Under the pieces are notes generated by a model. The model searched no databases. It was not told the DNA's origin and worked only from the letters and a program-made list of their open reading frames with translations. This document shows, piece by piece, positions 9,384-21,827 of a DNA stretch of 64,000 nt (its first letter is position 1; every line of letters starts with the position of its first letter). The stretch comes from an uncultured Planctomycetaceae bacterium (GTDB lineage: Bacteria > Planctomycetota > Planctomycetia > Pirellulales > PALSA-1355), in assembly GCA_963785305.1 (NCBI GenBank), contig CAWAUV010000008.1, forward strand, positions 896,001 through 960,000, written 5' to 3'. Made by a program: the position numbers and the translations under genes.

Positions 9384-10022
9384 ATGTTGAAAAAATGGAT
9401 GGCGGTCATGTTCGTGGCCCCGCTGCTCCTCGGGAGCGCGCCGGCCTGGGCCCAATGGGGCTGGGGCGGTGGCTACTACGGCGCGACCACCATACAAGAA
9501 GGCGTGCAGCGCGGGTTCGCCGACGTGGTGCGCTCGCAAGGCATGGCCAACCTGCTCGACAGTGAAGCCGCCGTGAACAACGAAACCGCGTATTCAAAAG
9601 CGCTGGTCAATCAGCGCGATTACGTGCAAACCTATTTCGAAACTCGGCGGATGAACGAGGAATACCGGGCCGCCGAGCGCGGCAAGCCGCCCACCTCGGA
9701 GCAAATGTTTCGCTGGGCGCATTGCGAGGCGCCGCAACCGTTCAACACCTATGAGTTCGATCCGCTCAGCGGCCAAATCAATTGGCCCATGGCGCTACTC
9801 GATCCGACGTTTGCCAATTATCGCAATGCAACCGAGCAATACTTCAAGGATCGGGCCCAGAAACCGCGCACGATTTCCTTCACTTACTACCAGCAAATGC
9901 AAGAACTGGCCGAAAACTGGCTGGTCGATTTGAAGGCAAGAATCATGGACTACAAGCCCAACGATTACCTGCGGGCCCGCAAGTTCATCGAGAGTCTGTC
10001 GGCCGAAGCATCCAAGACGTAA
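9384..10022 (+). CDS. secreted hypothetical protein
   Basis: Signal peptide ending APAWA; protein-like 212-aa ORF. Confidence 0.7.
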   Translation: MLKKWMAVMFVAPLLLGSAPAWAQWGWGGGYYGATTIQEGVQRGFADVVRSQGMANLLDSEAAVNNETAYSKALVNQRDYVQTYFETRRMNEEYRAAERGKPPTSEQMFRWAHCEAPQPFNTYEFDPLSGQINWPMALLDPTFANYRNATEQYFKDRAQKPRTISFTYYQQMQELAENWLVDLKARIMDYKPNDYLRARKFIESLSAEASKT

Positions 10023-10148
10023 CCATTCCTGAAACCAGTCCGACTCGTCACTCGAAACGCGATCGCGCTGCCTACCGATTGAAGAGCGAAGTCGATGCCC
10101 CGCCGCTCCTCGTCGAACCCCAGCCGCCGGCTTGCGTGGGAGATTTGC

Positions 10149-12027
10149 ATGCGTTTGTTTTTCCGTGGTTTGTTTCATTCGACGCGAGGTCCTTCCGCGC
10201 GGCTGTCGATGGCCTTGGCGCTGATTTGCTCGGCCGGGGCGCCGCTTGGGCCGCCGATCCCGATCCAGCCGCGCTGATTAAAAATCTCAAGGCCGAGGAT
10301 GTCAAACAGCGCGTCGCGGCCGTCGATGGCCTCGCCGACATGGGGCCGGAAGCGAGATCCGCCGGACCGGCGCTCGCGCCGCTCTTGAAAGACCCTTCGC
10401 CCGAAGTTCGGTGGCGCACCGCGCGGGCGATTGCCAGCGTGGGCCATGCGGGCAGCGAAACTGCGGCCGCGCTCGTGGCCGATCTCGCCGACGACGATCC
10501 CCGGGTTCGCGCCTATGCGGCCTTCGCCCTCGGCAGTCTCGAAATCAAGACGCCGGCGGTCATCAGCGCCATCGGCGCCCAGATCGCCGATCCCGATCCG
10601 CTCGTGCGCCGCACCGCCTTCCGCACATTGCGCAAAATGGACCTTCCCAGTTCGGTCACGGTGCCGCTGTGGGTGAAAACCATGGCGACGACCAATCCCG
10701 ACGCCGCCATGGCCGCGGCCCAAACACTGGCCGAAGGCGGCGAAAAATCGGTGGCGTTTCTGCGCGCGGCGCTGGCCGATCCCAAGGCCGCCTATTGGGC
10801 CTGCTTGGCGCTCGCCGAGATCGGGCCGCCCGCCAAGGACGCAACGCCCGACATCGCCAAACTGCTCACCAGCGCCGAGCCCAATGTCCGGCTCGAAGCC
10901 TCGATGGCCTTGGGCGCGATCGGCGCCCGGCCAAGGACGCCCTGCCGGCGCTCACCAAGATGTTGACCAGCGACCCGGTCAAGGGCGTGCGTTACTCCGC
11001 GGCCTATGCGATCGGCGGCATTGCCGAGCCCGACCCGGCCGCGATCGCCGCGCTGCGCAAGGTGGGCGACGCCGATCCGTTTCTGACCACCGTGTGCCGC
11101 GTGGGCCCTGGCTCGCGTGAACCCCAAGGACGAAGCCCAGGTGAGTCAAGCGGTGGCGCTCCTGGTCGACGGACTCAAGAGTCCCAAGCCGGCCGTGCGG
11201 CTGGCTTCGGTCCAGGCGCTCGAGGGTCTGGGCGCTTCGGCCAAGATCGTGGGACCGGCGCTGGTCGGCGCGCTCAAGGATTCCGATCCGCAGGTGGCGA
11301 GCGAAGCGATCGATGTGCTCGGGTCGATGGGCCCGGGAATTACGCCCGAGATCGTCAAAGCGCTGGAGATTCCGGCGTTGCGTACTTATGCGCTCCAGAT
11401 TTTGTCCAAGTTTGGTCCCAAGGCCGCGGCGGCGGTCGAGGAGCTGGTCTTGTTGCTCGACGATCCGACCGTGCCAGCCGCGATTCGCCGAGAGGTTCAT
11501 TTCACGCTCGGTGAAATTGGGCCCGCCGCGGCGCCGGCCACGCCGCAGTTGGTCGGAGCGCTCGGCAGCGACAACGAACGCTTGCGCAATCGCGCCATCT
11601 ACGCGCTCGGCCATATCGGGCCCGATGCCCGTCCGGCCACCAAGACGCTCGAGGCCTTGAGCGCGAGCGGCGACGAGTTCGCCCGCATCGCCAGCCTATG
11701 GGCGCTGGTGCAAATCAATCCGACCGACAAGGAAATCGCCGCCCGCGCCGCCCCGGAACTGATGAAGGGCCTCAACTCGCAACGCGAATTGATGCGGGCC
11801 GAATCGGCGCGGGTCCTCGGACAAATGGGCGCGGCGGGCAAAGTCGCCCTGCCGGCGCTCAAGCAGGCCGCGGCCGATCCGAGCCCCGTGGTGGCCGAAG
11901 CGGCCAAGCAGGCGATCGCCCAACTCGAGGGCCGCGCGGAAAAAGCGCCGGACCGGTCAAGCAGGGCGCACCGTTGGAAAAATCGGCGCCCGCGAAATTG
12001 GCGCCCTCGAAATCTTCCGCCCGCTAG
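10149..12027 (+). CDS. secreted HEAT/PBS-lyase repeat protein (several apparent frameshifts)
   Basis: Repeated L.D.DP.VR..AA.ALG.IG units across ORFs 9782-10966, 10411-11514 and 11117-12418. Confidence 0.8.
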
Positions 12028-12414
12028 ACGCGCGGGCCTCCTCTCTCACGCACATCCACACTCTCTCTTTCCGCGCTCGCGGTGCGCCCCGGCATGCGAG
12101 TTTCTCCGCGGGTCGGTGTTTGCCGGAGCCTACCGGCCAACGCGCATGATCGCGATAATCGCTCTCACCGCGCCCCCACTTTCGGTTGTTTTGGCGTGGT
12201 CCTCCACTCGCCAACGATTTCTAAGCTATTTGTTTTTAGTCACAGTCTCGGTCTCGATGCGATCGCAGTCGCGCGAGGTAACTGGCCCTTTTGGTAACAC
12301 AGCGGCGGCGGTTTTTAATCTTGTGGTCTTTATTGTGCCACGAGACGGTTCGGCGCGTACAACCCGCGAAGGCCAGCTTTACATAGGCGGCCTTTTTTGG
12401 CGTGGGAAAGGACA

Positions 12415-13356
12415 ATGATGAAGGTTTTGGTGGTCGACGATGAGCGTAGCGTGCGCGAGACGCTCGCGAAGCTGCTTCGCTCGCGCGGTTACGAAGTGGT
12501 GCTCGCGGTCGATGGGCTCGAGGCCCACGCCATTTTGCAGCAGCCCGACGCCCCGCAGCTCGTGATTCTCGACTGGCAATTGCCGCGAATGACCGGCATC
12601 GAGCTTTGTCGGGAAGTGCGGCGGCGCGGACTCGAACGCTACACGTACATCGTGCTGCTCACGGCGAAGAATCGTCGCGACGATCTGCTCGATGGATTTG
12701 CCGCCGGCGCCGACGACTACATCGTCAAGCCTTTCGATTACCAAGAGCTGTGCATGCGACTGCATGCCGGGAAACGCATCCTCCACCTTCAGGCCCAATT
12801 GATCGCCACCCGCGAAGCCTTCCGCCAACAGTCGCTCCGCGATTCGCTCACCGGGCTTTGGAACTGCGCGGGCATTTTCGACATCTTGGAGCGAGAATTG
12901 GCCCGCTCGGCCCGGCAAGAATCGTGCGTGGCGGCGACCCTCCTGGATCTCGACGATTTCAAACAGATCAACGATCGCCATGGCCACTTGGCCGGCGACG
13001 CGGTGCTACGCGAGGTGGCCGCGGCGATTCGCAATGCCACGCGTTCCATCGACGGAATCGGTCGCCAGGGCGGCGATGAATTTTTGATCGTGCTGCCCGG
13101 TTGCGACGAGCGAGGCGCCCGGGCCTACGCCGAACGGATTCGCGCGGCGATCGGCCAGATAAGGATCGAAACCGGCTCGGGCATCGTGGGAGTCACGGCG
13201 AGTATTGGCGTGGCCGTGGCCGGCCCTTCGATCGACGACGCCTATACCCTGCTGCGCGACGCCGACGAAGCACTCTTCGCCGCCAAACGCCAGGGCCGCA
13301 ACCGCGTGGAAATAGCCAGCCCAGTCAACTCGGGCCTCACCCTCGCCGCCTGTTAG
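12415..13356 (+). CDS. response-regulator diguanylate cyclase (REC-GGDEF)
   Basis: KVLVVDDE..VILDWQLP..KPFD receiver domain; DSLTGLWN, DLDDFKQINDRHGHLAGD, GRQGGDEF. Confidence 0.95.
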   Translation: MMKVLVVDDERSVRETLAKLLRSRGYEVVLAVDGLEAHAILQQPDAPQLVILDWQLPRMTGIELCREVRRRGLERYTYIVLLTAKNRRDDLLDGFAAGADDYIVKPFDYQELCMRLHAGKRILHLQAQLIATREAFRQQSLRDSLTGLWNCAGIFDILERELARSARQESCVAATLLDLDDFKQINDRHGHLAGDAVLREVAAAIRNATRSIDGIGRQGGDEFLIVLPGCDERGARAYAERIRAAIGQIRIETGSGIVGVTASIGVAVAGPSIDDAYTLLRDADEALFAAKRQGRNRVEIASPVNSGLTLAAC

Positions 13357-13555
13357 AGGGCCTTCGCCGGCGCTTTCAGGCATGTGCGCGGGCCGAGCCG
13401 CCACGCGTCGTTCCGCAATTCGCGACGTTCAAGAGCGCCCCGATCCCACAAGCCGGAAGCGCGAGCGAAGGCGCCCGCCGGCGCCCACGATCCAGCGAGT
13501 TGGCCCCGTCGCGGTCTGGGGCGAAATCATGCGATCGAGGCGTCGGGGGGCGGGT

Positions 13556-14569
13556 TTATCGTTGAACGATCTCAATGGTTCCGCGAAGTTCGGCCGCGTG
13601 GCGGAAGTAGCGCGAAGCGGCGCACATCAGCAGCACCGTTAGCGCGAGCAAGACGACCGCTTTTCGGGCAACGGGGCGTTCGGGTCTTGAGCCCAATGCG
13701 GCGGCGGCGAGCACATGCATGAGTCGCAAGGCCACGAGCACTCCGGCGCCCACCAGCGCGAGACCAAGAAAGTCGCCGCTCCAGGTCGTCCCGGCGCCGG
13801 TCGGGGTTATCACCAGCAGCCATAGCCCAACCGGCACTTGCGACAGCGAGGCCAACAGCGCCCACATCGCGCCGCCCGCCAGGAGCGCGCGAAAGCCGCC
13901 ATGGTTCGCATCGGGCGCGGCGTCGCCTTCATTCGCGCGCCGCTCGGCGAGCCACATCACCGAGATGCCCGCGGTGGCCAGGGCCGCCAACCATACATGC
14001 ATCACGCGCGATATCACTTCCGGATCGACAAGCAGCGAGTGATACAATGCCCGATCGAGCGTGCCCGACCAAAGCTCTGGCCGATGCGAGATCACTCCGA
14101 CCATGGCGAACAGCGGAGGAAAGTGCATCATGAGGTTAGCGGCGCTGGCCACCGCCAGCACCCGCGCGAGCCACGCCAGCCGCGGCGCGTTGCCCGCAAG
14201 CTGGCGGTAGGCCGCGATCAAGACCAAGGAAAACACGAGCTCCAGCCCGGCATAAGTGAGCCGGTCTCGCGGAATCATGGCGAAGGCCGCCTTATAGGCA
14301 AGCTCGCCCGAGAACCAAACCAAGCCCAAGAGCAGCCCGCCGAGCAGCGCGCCCGCGACCAAGGCCGCCAGCGACCAGCTCGCCAAGCGTCGCTGAACCT
14401 TGGCCGCCGGCGCCACTCGATCACGGCCCGACTTCACATCGAGCCAGATACAAAGCAGCGGGCCGGCCATCGCCAGGTTCACCGCCAGCAAGTGGCATGC
14501 GAAGACCAGGATCGCGACCATTTCAAGGGCGGAACGCGACAATGAAAACGCGACAAGATGCGCGAGCAC
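13556..14569 (-). CDS. multi-pass membrane protein, unknown function
   Basis: About 8 hydrophobic helices, several containing His (HLLAVN, MMHFPP, MHVWLA, LMHVL). Confidence 0.65.
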   Translation of the reverse strand: MLAHLVAFSLSRSALEMVAILVFACHLLAVNLAMAGPLLCIWLDVKSGRDRVAPAAKVQRRLASWSLAALVAGALLGGLLLGLVWFSGELAYKAAFAMIPRDRLTYAGLELVFSLVLIAAYRQLAGNAPRLAWLARVLAVASAANLMMHFPPLFAMVGVISHRPELWSGTLDRALYHSLLVDPEVISRVMHVWLAALATAGISVMWLAERRANEGDAAPDANHGGFRALLAGGAMWALLASLSQVPVGLWLLVITPTGAGTTWSGDFLGLALVGAGVLVALRLMHVLAAAALGSRPERPVARKAVVLLALTVLLMCAASRYFRHAAELRGTIEIVQR

Positions 14570-14621
14570 GAAGCAAGTCTCCGGTCGAGTGGAAGAAGTT
14601 GGCGAGGCGGGCGCCGACCGG

Positions 14622-17121
14622 TCAGGGGCGCTCGGCGGCGCTCATGCGCTGGGCGGCGGCCGTCGTCGGGTTCGGCTCCGTCGCCGCCCTCGCCGCCAAG
14701 GGCATTCTCCACTCCGGAAACAATTGTGCAAGCGCCCGACGAATGTCGGGGTGCGACATGAACAGCTTCTCGGCGAAATGATCTTCGAGATACGAATCGA
14801 TCAAGATCAGCATCGGGCCATGATCGATCGCGAAGCCGGCTGGGTGCAGCCATTTGCCTTGTTTGCGAAGCAGCGGTTGCGAGCCGGGCCCGGCGTCGGC
14901 TATTTCGAGGTTGTAGGCGTCGGCGAAGCCTACCCGCGGATGCAAGAGCCCGAGCCGTTGACACTCCCAAAGGCTTTCGATCGTTTCTCGGGGAGCATGC
15001 AAGATCGAGGAGCCGGCGCCATAGACGGTGAGCGTGCCGGTTTCGAGGCCGCGCTCGCCGCGGCGGCGTTGCTCGTCGGTCGGCTCGTCGGCAATGGCCA
15101 GATTCGGCGCCGCTTCGGGAAAGTACGCTTCAAACGGCCCATCGCACGCGCTCAAGCCGAAGGCCGCGGGGCCGAGGCTCGCGTGGCGCAGCGGATTGCG
15201 AATCGCATAGTCACGGCAGGCGAGGATCGCGACTCCGCGTGTTGTCGAAATAATCGATCGGCGGCGCATGGCCGAGCGGGTCGTGGTCGTAGCCCAGCGC
15301 CTGGGTGTCGAGCCACACGCTCGCGAACTGATAGGTGAACAGCGAGCCCGACCAGGTGCGCACGAACGGCCCGTTCTTCCGATCGCGCCGGGTGGCGAAG
15401 AATACGCTGGGGTCGACGCGCCGCCGACTGTCGGGCGCCGCGATCGCCAAGAGCGAGATCAGCAGACTTTCGTCGGTGTAGAAATCCAGCGTGGCGCCGA
15501 CTTCGCGCTCTTCGTCGGGCACGCCATCGCCCGGCACGACCACGATCTTGCTCGCATACTGCCCCAGCTTGTCGGCGTCGGTAATGGCAAAGCGACCAAA
15601 GAGCGAGCCGCGATTGTCGCGGTATTCCGCCGGCTTCCATCCGAGGTAAAACTGGTTCGTCAGCCGATCGAGCATGAAGGGCCAATCGACGCGGGCATGG
15701 ATCGCGTCGGCCCGGCGGCGAATTTCTTCTTCCAATTCATTCGACCGATCGAAATACTGCCGTGCGCAAATGACGCCACAGATCGCGATCGCGGTGTCGA
15801 TCGTGCTCAGCTCGACCGTGTTGAGGCTTTCGTGAATATTGGGCGTGGCGGCTTGGTCGAAATTTTGTTTTCGCCGACCGTCGACTCCCAGGAAGTGATA
15901 GAAGAATCCCTTGTGGCCGATGGTTCCCACTCGCTCGGCGCCCTGCGGCGCTTCGTGGAGGAGCTTGAGGAGTTCGCGCACTCGGCCGGCGGACTGCTCG
16001 CGGGTCAGATAACCGCGCTCGGCGCCGATCGTATACGCCGTGAGTTGAAAGCCGGCGCCGCCCACGGTGAGCAGGTCGGGAAAGGTCGAACGATCGCGAA
16101 TCATTCCGCCGGCGCCCGGCTCGCGCGAAGCAAAGTCGAGAAAATAAAGAAAGCTCATCGCGCGCACATCCTCGAGCAGAGCGCGGGAATACTCCGGTTT
16201 GCCGCAGGCGCGATCGAGATCGGGATATTCGCCATCGCGATCCACGAGCGCCACATTGTCGACAAGGAGCGTGCCGCTGGCGGGGTTTTGCACGATGGGG
16301 TCGGTCGCCTGCGCCGACTGCCCCAAGACGCCACCTGACTGCCCCGCGTCGCCGCCCGCCTGCCGCTCGACGCTGAACGAAATCTTCTTGAGCCGCCCCA
16401 GGTCGAGCGAGCCGCCGGCGCTCGGCCATTCGCCGCTCACCAGCGGGAGCGCCAAAGTTTGCCAACGATCGGCCGCGAGCAGCGCGCGACGCGAACCGAC
16501 ATGCCCGGCGTCGTCGGTCAGGTCGATTCGCAGCGCGATGGCAGCCCGCGGTTTGATATCGAAGCGCAATTCTTCGACCGAGCGACCGGCGAACAACCGG
16601 GCCGACGAAGCACCGAACACATTGTTGACATCGAGTGAATAGCCGCGAAGGGGCGTGAGATGTCGCGGCTCCTTGCCGTCGAACGAGGTCTTGACTTCGG
16701 TGGGACCGAAGAGCGTGCAACCGACCCCAACCCAGCCGGTTTCGCCCATCGGTTGGGTGAAGTCCCAACTGAGCTCCAGGCTGCCGCCGGGGGCGCCCGA
16801 CGATTCGGAATTCCAGGAAATGGCGCCGAGTCCGGCGTGCGACTCGGTCAGAGTGCAGGCGCCGCCCAGGTAGTTGATGCCCATTTGCCCGGGCGTGATG
16901 TCGTTGTCGAAGTCATCGATCACAAAGGTCTGCCCGGTCTTCGCGGGCAGCGGAAGCTGCGCCGGGCCCAGGAGCGGGTCGGCCGCGCTCGCGAGCCTCG
17001 CGATGGCGACGGTCGCAAGCGCGAGTGAAATGAGCGAGAAACCCATGTGAGCGCGAAACGATAGCCAGCGAATAATCGTCGGTCGACGCGGCATGGTCAA
17101 AAGTCCGGAGCGCATGCGCAT
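14622..17121 (-). CDS. secreted glycoamylase/GH144-like (beta-1,2-glucanase-type) protein with N-terminal CBM-like domain; frameshift near 15230
   Basis: GFFYHF, ELSTIDTA, YTDESLL, WSGSLFTYQF, FGLSACDGP, GFADAYNL, IDHGPML motifs; signal peptide; exact start uncertain. Confidence 0.75.
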
Positions 17122-17465
17122 GAGGTGGGCTCCTCATCAATGAAAATAGGACTACCGGCCCCGCGGGCGACGCCATGATCCGAATCGCGTCGCTGGAAAT
17201 GAAGGGACTTGGGCAAGAGACAGAAGGGCTCGAAGGCGGATTCGTGATTTTTGTATCCATCAGCGAACTACCCTATTCTACCACCCAATATCCTTGAGAG
17301 TAGTCACGCGCGTTGCAAAAAACCACCGGCGTGAGCCAATGAAGCAACATCGCTCGCCAGGATCGATGAGTTCGTGCAAAATTGCACGATCCTCGCGCGC
17401 CGCCTTCGCGCAAAGCCGCCGCTTACTTCATCAAGAAAATCGCTCCGCCCCGGGATGTCCGCTCC

Positions 17466-18085
17466 ATGTGCCATGTGCTCTATCGCGATGACCGTCTGCT
17501 TGTGCTCGACAAACCGTCGGGCCTGTTGGCGGTGCCAGGCCGCGGGCCCGACCTACAAGATTGCTTGAGCTCGCGGGTGCAAGCCTTCGCTCCTGGAGCG
17601 CTGGTCGTGCATCGGCTCGATCGCGACACCTCGGGCCTGATCGTCATGGCGCTCGACGCCGGCGCTCAGCGCGAGCTCAGCCGCCAGTTTGCCGAGCGGA
17701 TCGCGGAGAAGCGATATGTTGCCGTGGTGTTTGGCGCCACGGGCGAAGACGAGGGCCTCGTCGATTTGCCGATGCGAAAGGACTTCGACCATCCGCCGCG
17801 TCACTGCATCGACATGGCCGCCGGGCGACCGGCGCAAACGGCGTGGCGAGTGCTCGCGCGCGAAAGCGACCGGAGCCGTTGGGAACTCCGGCCGATCACC
17901 GGTCGGTCGCATCAGATTCGCTTGCACTTGGCGACGATCGAGCACCCATTCTTGGTGATCCGCTCTACGCGCCGCCCGCTGCGCTGGCCCTAGCGCCGCG
18001 GCTCTTGCTCCACGCCACCGAACTGGCGCTCATGCACCCGAGCGATGGCCGGCGAATCGCCTGGAGCTCGCCCTGCCCTTTTTGA
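17466..18085 (+). CDS. rluA: RluA-family RNA pseudouridine synthase (frameshift near 17945)
   Basis: LDKPSGLLAVPGRG, HRLDRDTSG, PITGRSHQIRLH, PILGDPLY, RLLLHA. Confidence 0.92.
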
Positions 18086-18194
18086 GGAGAGCGGAAGCAC
18101 GAGTGGCCGCGAATCAACGAACATTGGCATCTCGGAAAAGGGAAGGGTTTGATTCAACGCGATCCCCATACCCGATTGAAATATCGACACGCTG

Positions 18195-18363
18195 CTAGTG
18201 CATTGTCACAATTGAAATGACGGGTCGGATTGGTTCCGTGCGCCATGCCCAAGGCCCTGCGTGGCCATGAGGACTCCGCATGGCGGATCGAAAACATGCC
18301 CACGCTGGGCGTGGGCATGGCACACGGGGTTACCTATCATTTCAGCCGTGCCAAATGCATTAG
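18195..18363. mobile_element. REPIN/MITE-like element, about 170 bp
   Basis: Imperfect terminal inverted repeats CTAGTGCATTGTCACAATTGAAATGA...TCATTTCAGCCGTGCCAAATGCATTAG; two internal ATGCCCA..TGGGCAT palindromes; reverse complement closely matches 58973-59133. Confidence 0.75.
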
Positions 18364-18778
18364 TGCTCGGCCCAATAGTCGACCACTACCACGCGGTCGC
18401 GGTGCTTGCCGGCCACCTTCACATATTCCGCATGCGCCGGATGCTTGATATAGGCCGCGCACCCCGCTTCGTCCTTGAACGTGACCACGAACACATATTG
18501 CAAGCCATCGGACTTGCCTTCCTCGCTCACATTCGGACCATGCTCGAAACCGATCCCCGTGTCGATCTGTTTCGGTAGCTTGCAAAAGGCGTCGATCAAT
18601 TCCTGCTGCTGGGCCGGCGTCTGGCCATCGACGAACTTGTACATCACCACATGCCGCAGCACCCGATTCGAGCCGCCGGCCGACTTTTCGGGCGCCGCGC
18701 AAAACAAGCTCCGGCCGAGATCGAAAGCACAACCATCGCTGAAATCAACGCGCTCGATTGCATGGCAAAGGTCCTCAT
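18360..18778 (-). CDS. Dabb (stress-responsive A/B barrel) family protein with signal peptide (frameshift near 18705)
   Basis: LRHVVMYKF...FEHGPNVSEEGKSDG..YVFVVTF.DE....YIKHPAH..V...VVVVDYW. Confidence 0.88.
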
Positions 18779-18924
18779 GGGGGTTCGAGAGTGGAGGGAA
18801 CCGGTGAGTGTCCGCGGGGAAAACGGAAATGCATGATGTCGCGCGGCCATCATGGGCCTGGCGACGGAGTGGCGCGAGCGGGTTGAGCGTTAGGTGTCAC
18901 GTTCCGAGCCGCGCTGTTCGGTGC

Positions 18925-20442
18925 TCAACGAAATGGGTCGTCCTCGACCGATGGCGATGACTTGGGCGTCGCGTTTGGAGTCGCGTCTTCCAACGACTCG
19001 TTGCCGGCCGGACGGGCATTGGCTGAATTCGCGTCTGCTGGTTTATGGTCGCGTGAATTCGTGTTGTTCGGCGCCGCGGGAGGTTGCGGCGATGGGATTT
19101 CTCCGCGTGCCCGGGCCGCTTTCCATTCGTCCCATTTGTGAAACGCCTTGACGCGAGCCGCGTCGTCGGCCAGGGCGAGCGATCCGGCCAGGTAGACCAA
19201 TGTCGGATGGGGCTGGAGCCGATCGAAGCCGTAGCTCTTCGGATCCTGTTTCGTCAGCCGGGCCGCCACCGCCAGCGCCACTTCGCGCACTTGCACCTGC
19301 ACATCGCGGCGATTGAACCGGTGTTTGACGCACACTTTCTCATCGCTGAAATAACGCTCGATCCGCGGCAAATCCTCGATGGACCCATAACGCCCCAGCG
19401 CCAGCAGCGCATAGGGCCGGGCGTCCAAGGCGCCGCCATCGCCATCGAGCACTTGGCGAGCCAGCGCGAGCGAGGCGTCTTTCATATCGTAGGCAAAGGC
19501 CAGCATCAGCTTGCGCTGGGTGACGATCGGAGTCGTGTCGCGAGCGATCCACATGCCGAGCAGTTGCCGGTACAGGGTTCGCGTCACCGCCACGCGCATG
19601 CCCGGGGCAAAGCCCGGCGCAGCGTTTTTCCGGCGGCGCTCGCCGCGGTTTGCAGCCGCACGCCTTGCTCGAAGGCCGGGTAATGCACGAGTGTTTCCAT
19701 CATCACGGCGCTGTCGTCGTCGACCGTTACTTCGGCCAAGCCGCTCATGAATAAAATCGTGGCGATGCCACCCACGGCTTGCTCGATGCTCTCGGCGTCG
19801 GTCTGTTGAATGAGCGATTGGACTTCATCGCACTGCTCGGCGAAGATCGTATTGAGCGACGGATCTCGCGCGGCCAAGGCATCCCAGAGCCGCGATTCGG
19901 CGCACTGCATCGCGACAAACAGTGCCCGAGCCTCGCGCCCATCGCCCAGCGCGCGACGATAGCGATCCCAGCCCGGCAGGTCATCGTGTCGCTGGCCATC
20001 GAGGTCCGATGCGAAGGCATCGAGCCGCACGCGAAAGTCGCATTCGATAATGACGCGGAGCACTTTTTCGGCCCGGGCGCGAACCTCGGCGTCGGAGCTT
20101 GCAAGGAGCCGCTGCATTGCGGGCCGGGCCGCGATGCCCACGTCGATTAGTTGGCGGGTCGCCCGCTCGCGAATCGAATACGAGGGACTGCCGAGTTGCC
20201 GGGCCTGCGATTCGATGAAGGGTGTTTCGCCGGCGAAGCGAGTGTCGCGGGAGCGCGGCGGCGAAGCGGCGCGCTGGATCGTCGGTGGCGGCGAAGCATT
20301 GCCGCGCCGGCGGGGCCAGGGCCAGCATCCAGCCCAGGGTCAAGACCGCCGCGACCGGCAGGCCGACGTTTCGGAGCGAAGTCTGCTTGATCGCGAGATT
20401 CGGCCGAAGCCGCGGCGACAAATGCGTGGACATGGCGGCCAT
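18925..20442 (-). CDS. secreted hypothetical helical-repeat protein (multiple frameshifts)
   Basis: Signal-like N-terminus; SSDAEVRARAEKVL HEAT-like unit; VQVREVALAVAARLTKQDPKSYGF in the C-terminal frame. Confidence 0.6.
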
Positions 20443-21170
20443 TTTCCCGAGTTCGCTCCCCGGCGCTGGCTTCAAGATGAGCGCCCCTCAACGATAGCTT
20501 AGTGCCTCGCGCTCCGCCATTATAGGGGCGCTGGCCCGGGCAGTTCTCTTTTTTCCGAAAAACCTCTCTCCGAAAAATGCCGGGCCTGAAAATCCGGCGT
20601 CGTTCGATGCCCGAATCGCCCGACCCTTGGCCGATGAGCGAGCGGCCACTGCCGGGGTTGGGCGGGATTTTGGAGGACTATGAAGACAACGTAATGCAAA
20701 TCTCGCCCGCGAGTCGCCGAATTGGAGTTAACGACCTGGACCGTCGTGCGGTTCCCCTTGCAATTCTCTCCCGCGTCGTTGCCGGCCGTGTCGTTCTTTA
20801 GGCGCGATGGCAGGCTGGCAATTCTTCGTGTAAAAAAGTCGCGGCAAAGATTTTCACGACGCGGGCGCCCGACCGGGGGAGTGATTGAGTACGAAAGCGG
20901 CGAGACGTGGGGTGTTTGAATAATTACTTTCTCAATAGGTCCTTGCAAGGATTAGCGCTATGACTATACTTTCCCACTCTGGCGACGCCATAAAGCGATT
21001 CGCCACTTGTGCGGCCAGGATTCGGCCACGCGAACTGACCGGAAACTGGAGACATAAAGCACTGACAGAACACGACTTGCGATTTTGTTGCCTCTTGGAA
21101 TAATCTGCATTTCGCTGTTCGAGACGGGATCATTCAACGACGGGCGCCTTCCCTCGAGTTATTAAGAATC

Positions 21171-21827
21171 ATGCCGCAACTTTTTCATCCGATCGCAAAT
21201 GCTTATGCCCGCGGATCGATTCTATTTGGGGGGTTGCTGGCCGGCGGACTGCTTTTCGTGGGCTGGGCCCATGAACGCTCGGCCTATGTGACCAATCAAA
21301 ACGTGGTCCGCGAGCAGCCGGTTCCTTTTAGCCACAACCATCATGTCGCCGGCCTGGGGCTCGATTGCCGCTACTGCCATCTGTCCGTGGAAAAAGCCGG
21401 CTTCGCGGGCATTCCGCCCACGCAGGTCTGCTATGGCTGCCATCAGGTGATCTGGAAAGACAGCCCGATGCTCGAGCCGGTGCGGGCCAGCTACCGCACG
21501 GGCGAGCCTCTGAAATGGAATCGGGTGCACGATCTGCCTGATTTCGTCTATTTCAACCACAGTATCCACATCGCCAAGGGCGTCGGCTGCGAAAGCTGTC
21601 ATGGCGAAGTCGATAAAATGCCGCTCATTCGCAAGGCAAAGACATTGCAGATGGATTTCTGCCTCGACTGCCACCGGCATCCCGAGCTCAAGGTGCGCGA
21701 AAAAGACGATGTGTTCAAATTCGGCGACGCGGTCACTCCGGTCGATGCCGAGCAAGGCAAGAAGTTGGTGAAAGAACGCGGCATTGTCACGAAACAACTC
21801 GATAACTGCTGGGTATGCCATCGATGA
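21171..21827 (+). CDS. actA: alternative complex III pentaheme cytochrome c subunit ActA
   Basis: EQPVPFSHNHH; five CxxCH motifs (CRYCH, CYGCH, CESCH, CLDCH, CWVCH); WNRVHDLPDFVYFNHSIH. Confidence 0.93.
   Translation: MPQLFHPIANAYARGSILFGGLLAGGLLFVGWAHERSAYVTNQNVVREQPVPFSHNHHVAGLGLDCRYCHLSVEKAGFAGIPPTQVCYGCHQVIWKDSPMLEPVRASYRTGEPLKWNRVHDLPDFVYFNHSIHIAKGVGCESCHGEVDKMPLIRKAKTLQMDFCLDCHRHPELKVREKDDVFKFGDAVTPVDAEQGKKLVKERGIVTKQLDNCWVCHR

Noticed and set aside
20500..21170. Small ORFs, ncRNA or an FNR box upstream of actA
   Set aside because: No recognisable protein motif, RNA consensus or TTGAT-N4-ATCAA seen; probably promoter DNA
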